DNA of 63,975 nt, filler included, from Octopus bimaculoides (taxonomy: Eukaryota): assembly GCF_001194135.2 (NCBI RefSeq). It is 9 parts of 8 records of this genome, joined end to end, with 100 filler letters (N's around TTAATTAATTAA, not from the genome) between each part and the next. Parts side by side here need not be neighbours in the genome. Positions count along the whole stretch, not along the records: positions 60,373 to 62,664 come from NC_068981.1; positions 62,765 to 63,975 come from NC_069008.1; 7 more parts are not named here. The stretch is one strand, 5' to 3'. The position numbers and the translations under genes are program-made. The notes under the pieces were generated by a model that saw only the letters and a program-made list of their open reading frames with translations, was not told where the DNA came from and did no database searches. Positions 60,741 through 63,975 of this stretch are shown here, piece after piece. Position 1 is the stretch's first letter. Each line of letters opens with the position of its first letter.

Positions 60741-61239
60741 ATTATGGCTTTAAGAAATAACTGAATAACATATTTTAAGTAGTTTTATTATATGTCCGAA
60801 TACAGATGGAATGAATGTGGCTGGAACGCTCTTGACCTTATGTCTTCTTCATCAAAAAACTGACCTGAACATAAAGTACACAACAATAGAAATAATATCA
60901 AAAACTTACTCAGATTACAAAACTAGAAAATGGAAGGCACTTTGAACAATGTGAACCTAAATATTATACTATCCCTGAAAAATTAAATGGATGGTCAAAG
61001 ATAGATCATTGCTCAATGTGATCAAAACTGAATTTCTATCGCCTAATCCTTAAATGATTTTTCTTCATTTGTGGTGGTGATATCATTGAATCGAGGAACG
61101 TACAGTTAATTGCAGGTATTTAATTTCGATCCAGGTACAATGTCTCAGGAAAACATCACAAGAATTAAATAGTATAGGAAAAATTAAATATTATAGGAAA
61201 AAAGTTTCTAACGTTCCAAAAAAAAAAAGAAAAAAAGAA

Positions 61240-62490
61240 AAAGAAAAATATCACAAACAAATACTAAAAATCGTGAAAGAAAAGCAGGAAACATGCTTGT
61301 AAAAAAATAACGGTCAGATCAACGAAAAATATCATTGAAAAAAGTCTTTGAAACATGACTGAAAAGGTCACGCAAAAATGTCGTTTAAAGTAGTCGCGAA
61401 AAAGGTCAAATATAAAGTCACTGAAAGAAGTCACAGAAGAGTGCTATTGAAGAATTTACTAAGAAAACATAGTGGGAATAGATTCACTGAAAACGAGTCA
61501 TTGAAAAATGCTACATGAAGACTTGACATTGAAAAATGTTACCGAGAAGAAAATCGCTGGGCGACTGGCAATGATAACAAGAAAACATTACACAGAAAAA
61601 TTTATAGAAAATTTGTTATTGAAAAATTCACAGTAAAATGTCATAGGTGGAAAAAAAGAAAAGAGAAGAAAAGTCACTGAAGAAAATCACAAGAAATAAT
61701 CCCTAAAAATTTAGCATGAAAATGTGACAGAAAAATTTACAATGAGAAATGTCGCTGAAATAATCGTATGAAATAGTGTTACAAGAACAATCAAAAAGAA
61801 ATCGTATCTGAAAAGTGATTGGAAATAAAGCTAAACAAGTTAAAGACATAATTCGCTAAAACTTCTCAAGAAAAGAAAAACATCACAGAAAGAGTCAAAA
61901 GATAAAAGTCACAGAAAAATTGACGTTCCTTACAAATGACACACGATGAAAGTCACAGGCGAAAATCACTGTAAAACTTATCTGGAGACAGGTTAAAAGC
62001 TACAGAAACAGTCTTAGGAAAAGTCACGGATAATGTCACAAAAATAAAAGTGACTGAAACGTGTTACAGACTAAAGTCACTTTGAGAAATCACCAGGGAA
62101 TAAGTCGCTGAATGACTGCTAATAGAAGACAATTTAAAAAAAAATCACTGGAAAAGAGTCACATGAGAAATCTGCTTCTGAATGCAAAAGAGTTATTGGA
62201 GAAAGTTGCCAAAAAACAAATAAATAAATAAATGTCATTGAAGAAAAAATATCCCAGGGCAAATGTGACAGGAAATTGGAAAAGAAAAATTTCCTGAAGT
62301 TTGTCACAGAAAATTTACGGAAAAAAGCCACACAAAAAATTGTGCTGTAAAACGTTACAGAAAGAAAAGAAAAAGAAAACAGCTACTAAATAAAATTACT
62401 GAAAGCAGATACGGGATAAAGTTATAGCAAAATGATAATGTAAAAAGTAAGGGAAAAGAGTCACAGAAAACACTTCAATAAGAAACTGAT
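61240..62490 (+). repeat. Highly degenerate ~12-14-bp A-rich satellite (AAAAGTCACTGA-like)
   Basis: gtc(a/g)-type anchors at 61367, 61393, 61405, 61417, 61430 etc.; strong purine skew over 1.25 kb. Confidence 0.7.
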
Positions 62491-62493
62491 TAT

Positions 62494-62654
62494 GCCGGTG
62501 TTAAAACGGGGGTGGCTGATGAAGGAAAATGTTCTCTATGTGGCTTGTGTGTTTTCTTGTCTACGTTTTGTTTGCAATGTCCTGTACCCAGATATGCACC
62601 TATACATACAGGTGGATGTCGGTATGCACATACCTGTACGTATATATGCATATA
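62494..62654 (+). repeat. Second copy of the 161-bp repeat (see 25160-25320)
   Basis: 155/161 identical to the first copy. Confidence 0.85.
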
Positions 62655-62664
62655 CTCATTTACT

Positions 62665-62764
62665 NNNNNNNNNNNNNNNNNNNNNNNNNNNNNNNNNNNN
62701 NNNNNNNNTTAATTAATTAANNNNNNNNNNNNNNNNNNNNNNNNNNNNNNNNNNNNNNNNNNNN
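62665..62764. other. Artificial scaffold linker 8
   Basis: 44 N + TTAATTAATTAA (62709-62720) + 44 N. Confidence 0.97.
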
Positions 62765-62878
62765 GTTTCGAAGAGTTGGGCAGGACGCATCGTTAAAACG
62801 GCTTTTCCCATGGACCGCAAATTAAATTTGTATACACAAATTAAACCTGTGCCGTGGAGGAATGTAGTGGCGGACAAA

Positions 62879-62965
62879 AAAACAAGACAGGAAAACAAAC
62901 GGAAAAGAAAACAAGACAGGAAAACAAACGGAAAAGAAAACAAGACAGGGAAACAAACGGAAAAG
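62879..62965. repeat. 29-bp tandem repeat, 3 copies
   Basis: caagacagg at 62883, 62912 and 62941. Confidence 0.9.
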
Positions 62966-63656
62966 GCTATGCGGCCAGACGTGAAAAATTATGTGTATAT
63001 GAACGCTGTGAGGCACGAACTTGAAAGTGGGGACGAAGTAAGTTCGCAGATGAGAATCATACATTCTCCGTATTGATTACACTTTGTACTGCTCAAGAGA
63101 TTTAAACTTGAGCGGTTATGGCAGCAAATGTAGGGATAAGCGAGTTAGATCAATATCGTACCTTTTTGTATCTATCTATCTATCTATCTCTATCTATATA
63201 TCTATCTATCTATCTATCAATTTATATACATTTTATTTGGTATTTCATGTATTTAATATCCTTTACATATTGATTGCTCTAACTTCCTTATATATGTCGA
63301 TATATAAGGGTAAGATCCAAGGATCCAAGTGTAGGATGTTCGTAAGCTTCAAACAGTCCGTAGCATGTATAGAGAACAAAGAGTGGACCGCCTACATTCA
63401 GGAACAATAACAATTTATTGGTGTCGATAGTTACACACTTTTTCCCATATCGAATTGTCGAGGAATTTCTATAAGCTGAAAGTTTCTGTGTAGCTCACGC
63501 TTAGCAACCACAGGTGCTATGAATGCGAATAAAAATTCAAATTGAAGGAGTAGAGCAGATGAAATCCGAGCAAAGGTATGGAACTGCACGGATTTGCGTG
63601 TCATCCGGGTTTACCCGATCCACTCCCCTAATTTGTATACACACGCGCGCACACGC

Positions 63657-63688
<32 letters not shown>

Positions 63689-63694
63689 TATTTT

Positions 63695-63975
63695 ATTCTT
63701 TTACTTGTTTCAGTCCTTGACTAATGCCCTGCTGGAGCACCACTTTGCAGAGTTTTGGTCGAACGAATTAACACCAGGATTTATTTTTAAGCCCAGTACT
63801 TATCCTATCTGTCTCTCTTGCCGCACCGCTAGTTTACGTGGGCGTAAACACATCAACACCGGTTGTCAGGCAGTGATGGCGGAAGACAGACATGGACACA
63901 ACGGGCTTCTTTCAGTTTCCATCTACCAAATCCACTGTGGTTGCCTCGAAGCTATTGTAGAAGACACTTGCCTAA
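63695..63975 (-). mobile_element. CORE-type SINE with internal deletions, runs off the window end
   Basis: ttcttttacttgtttcagtc..ctggagcacc..ttctttcagtttccatctaccaaatccac..gaagacacttgcc. Confidence 0.75.

Overview
This is repeat-dominated eukaryotic DNA, almost certainly an octopus (Octopus sp.) draft assembly. That is inferred from abundant tRNA-derived SINE families I recall as octopus OK/OR-type, RTE LINEs and very dense microsatellites. The window is NOT contiguous. Eight identical 100-bp artificial linkers (44 N + TTAATTAATTAA + 44 N, stops in all six frames) join nine small scaffolds: 1-9579, 9680-22518, 22619-30438, 30539-36996, 37097-49332, 49433-56099, 56200-60272, 60373-62664 and 62765-63975. 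Almost all ORFs in the supplied track are artefacts of microsatellites or N-runs. Supportable coding signals are: (i) one probable host exon (25968-26297, minus) encoding a signal peptide plus a Cys-rich PAN/apple-like domain, with phase-1 splice sites on both sides; (ii) a three-finger C2H2 fragment that looks RTE-derived; (iii) decayed TE proteins (RTE reverse transcriptase, RTE/BovB C-terminus, L1/Tx1 ORF2, an R4/Dong-like C-terminus, a Helitron helicase). The best-resolved structure is a Helitron 3' half (51873-53590) with a canonical hairpin+CTAG end. Its helicase ORF is split by a 222-bp insertion with an 8-bp target-site duplication, and that insertion carries a degenerate Penelope-type minimal hammerhead ribozyme. 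Several long fold-back hairpins (30.7, 48.8 and 50.1 kb) and a 149-bp inverted repeat pair are also present. I found no CRISPR array, rRNA or true tRNA gene, and no convincing wholly new biological system. Most TE boundaries are approximate and all family names come from motif recognition, not database searches.
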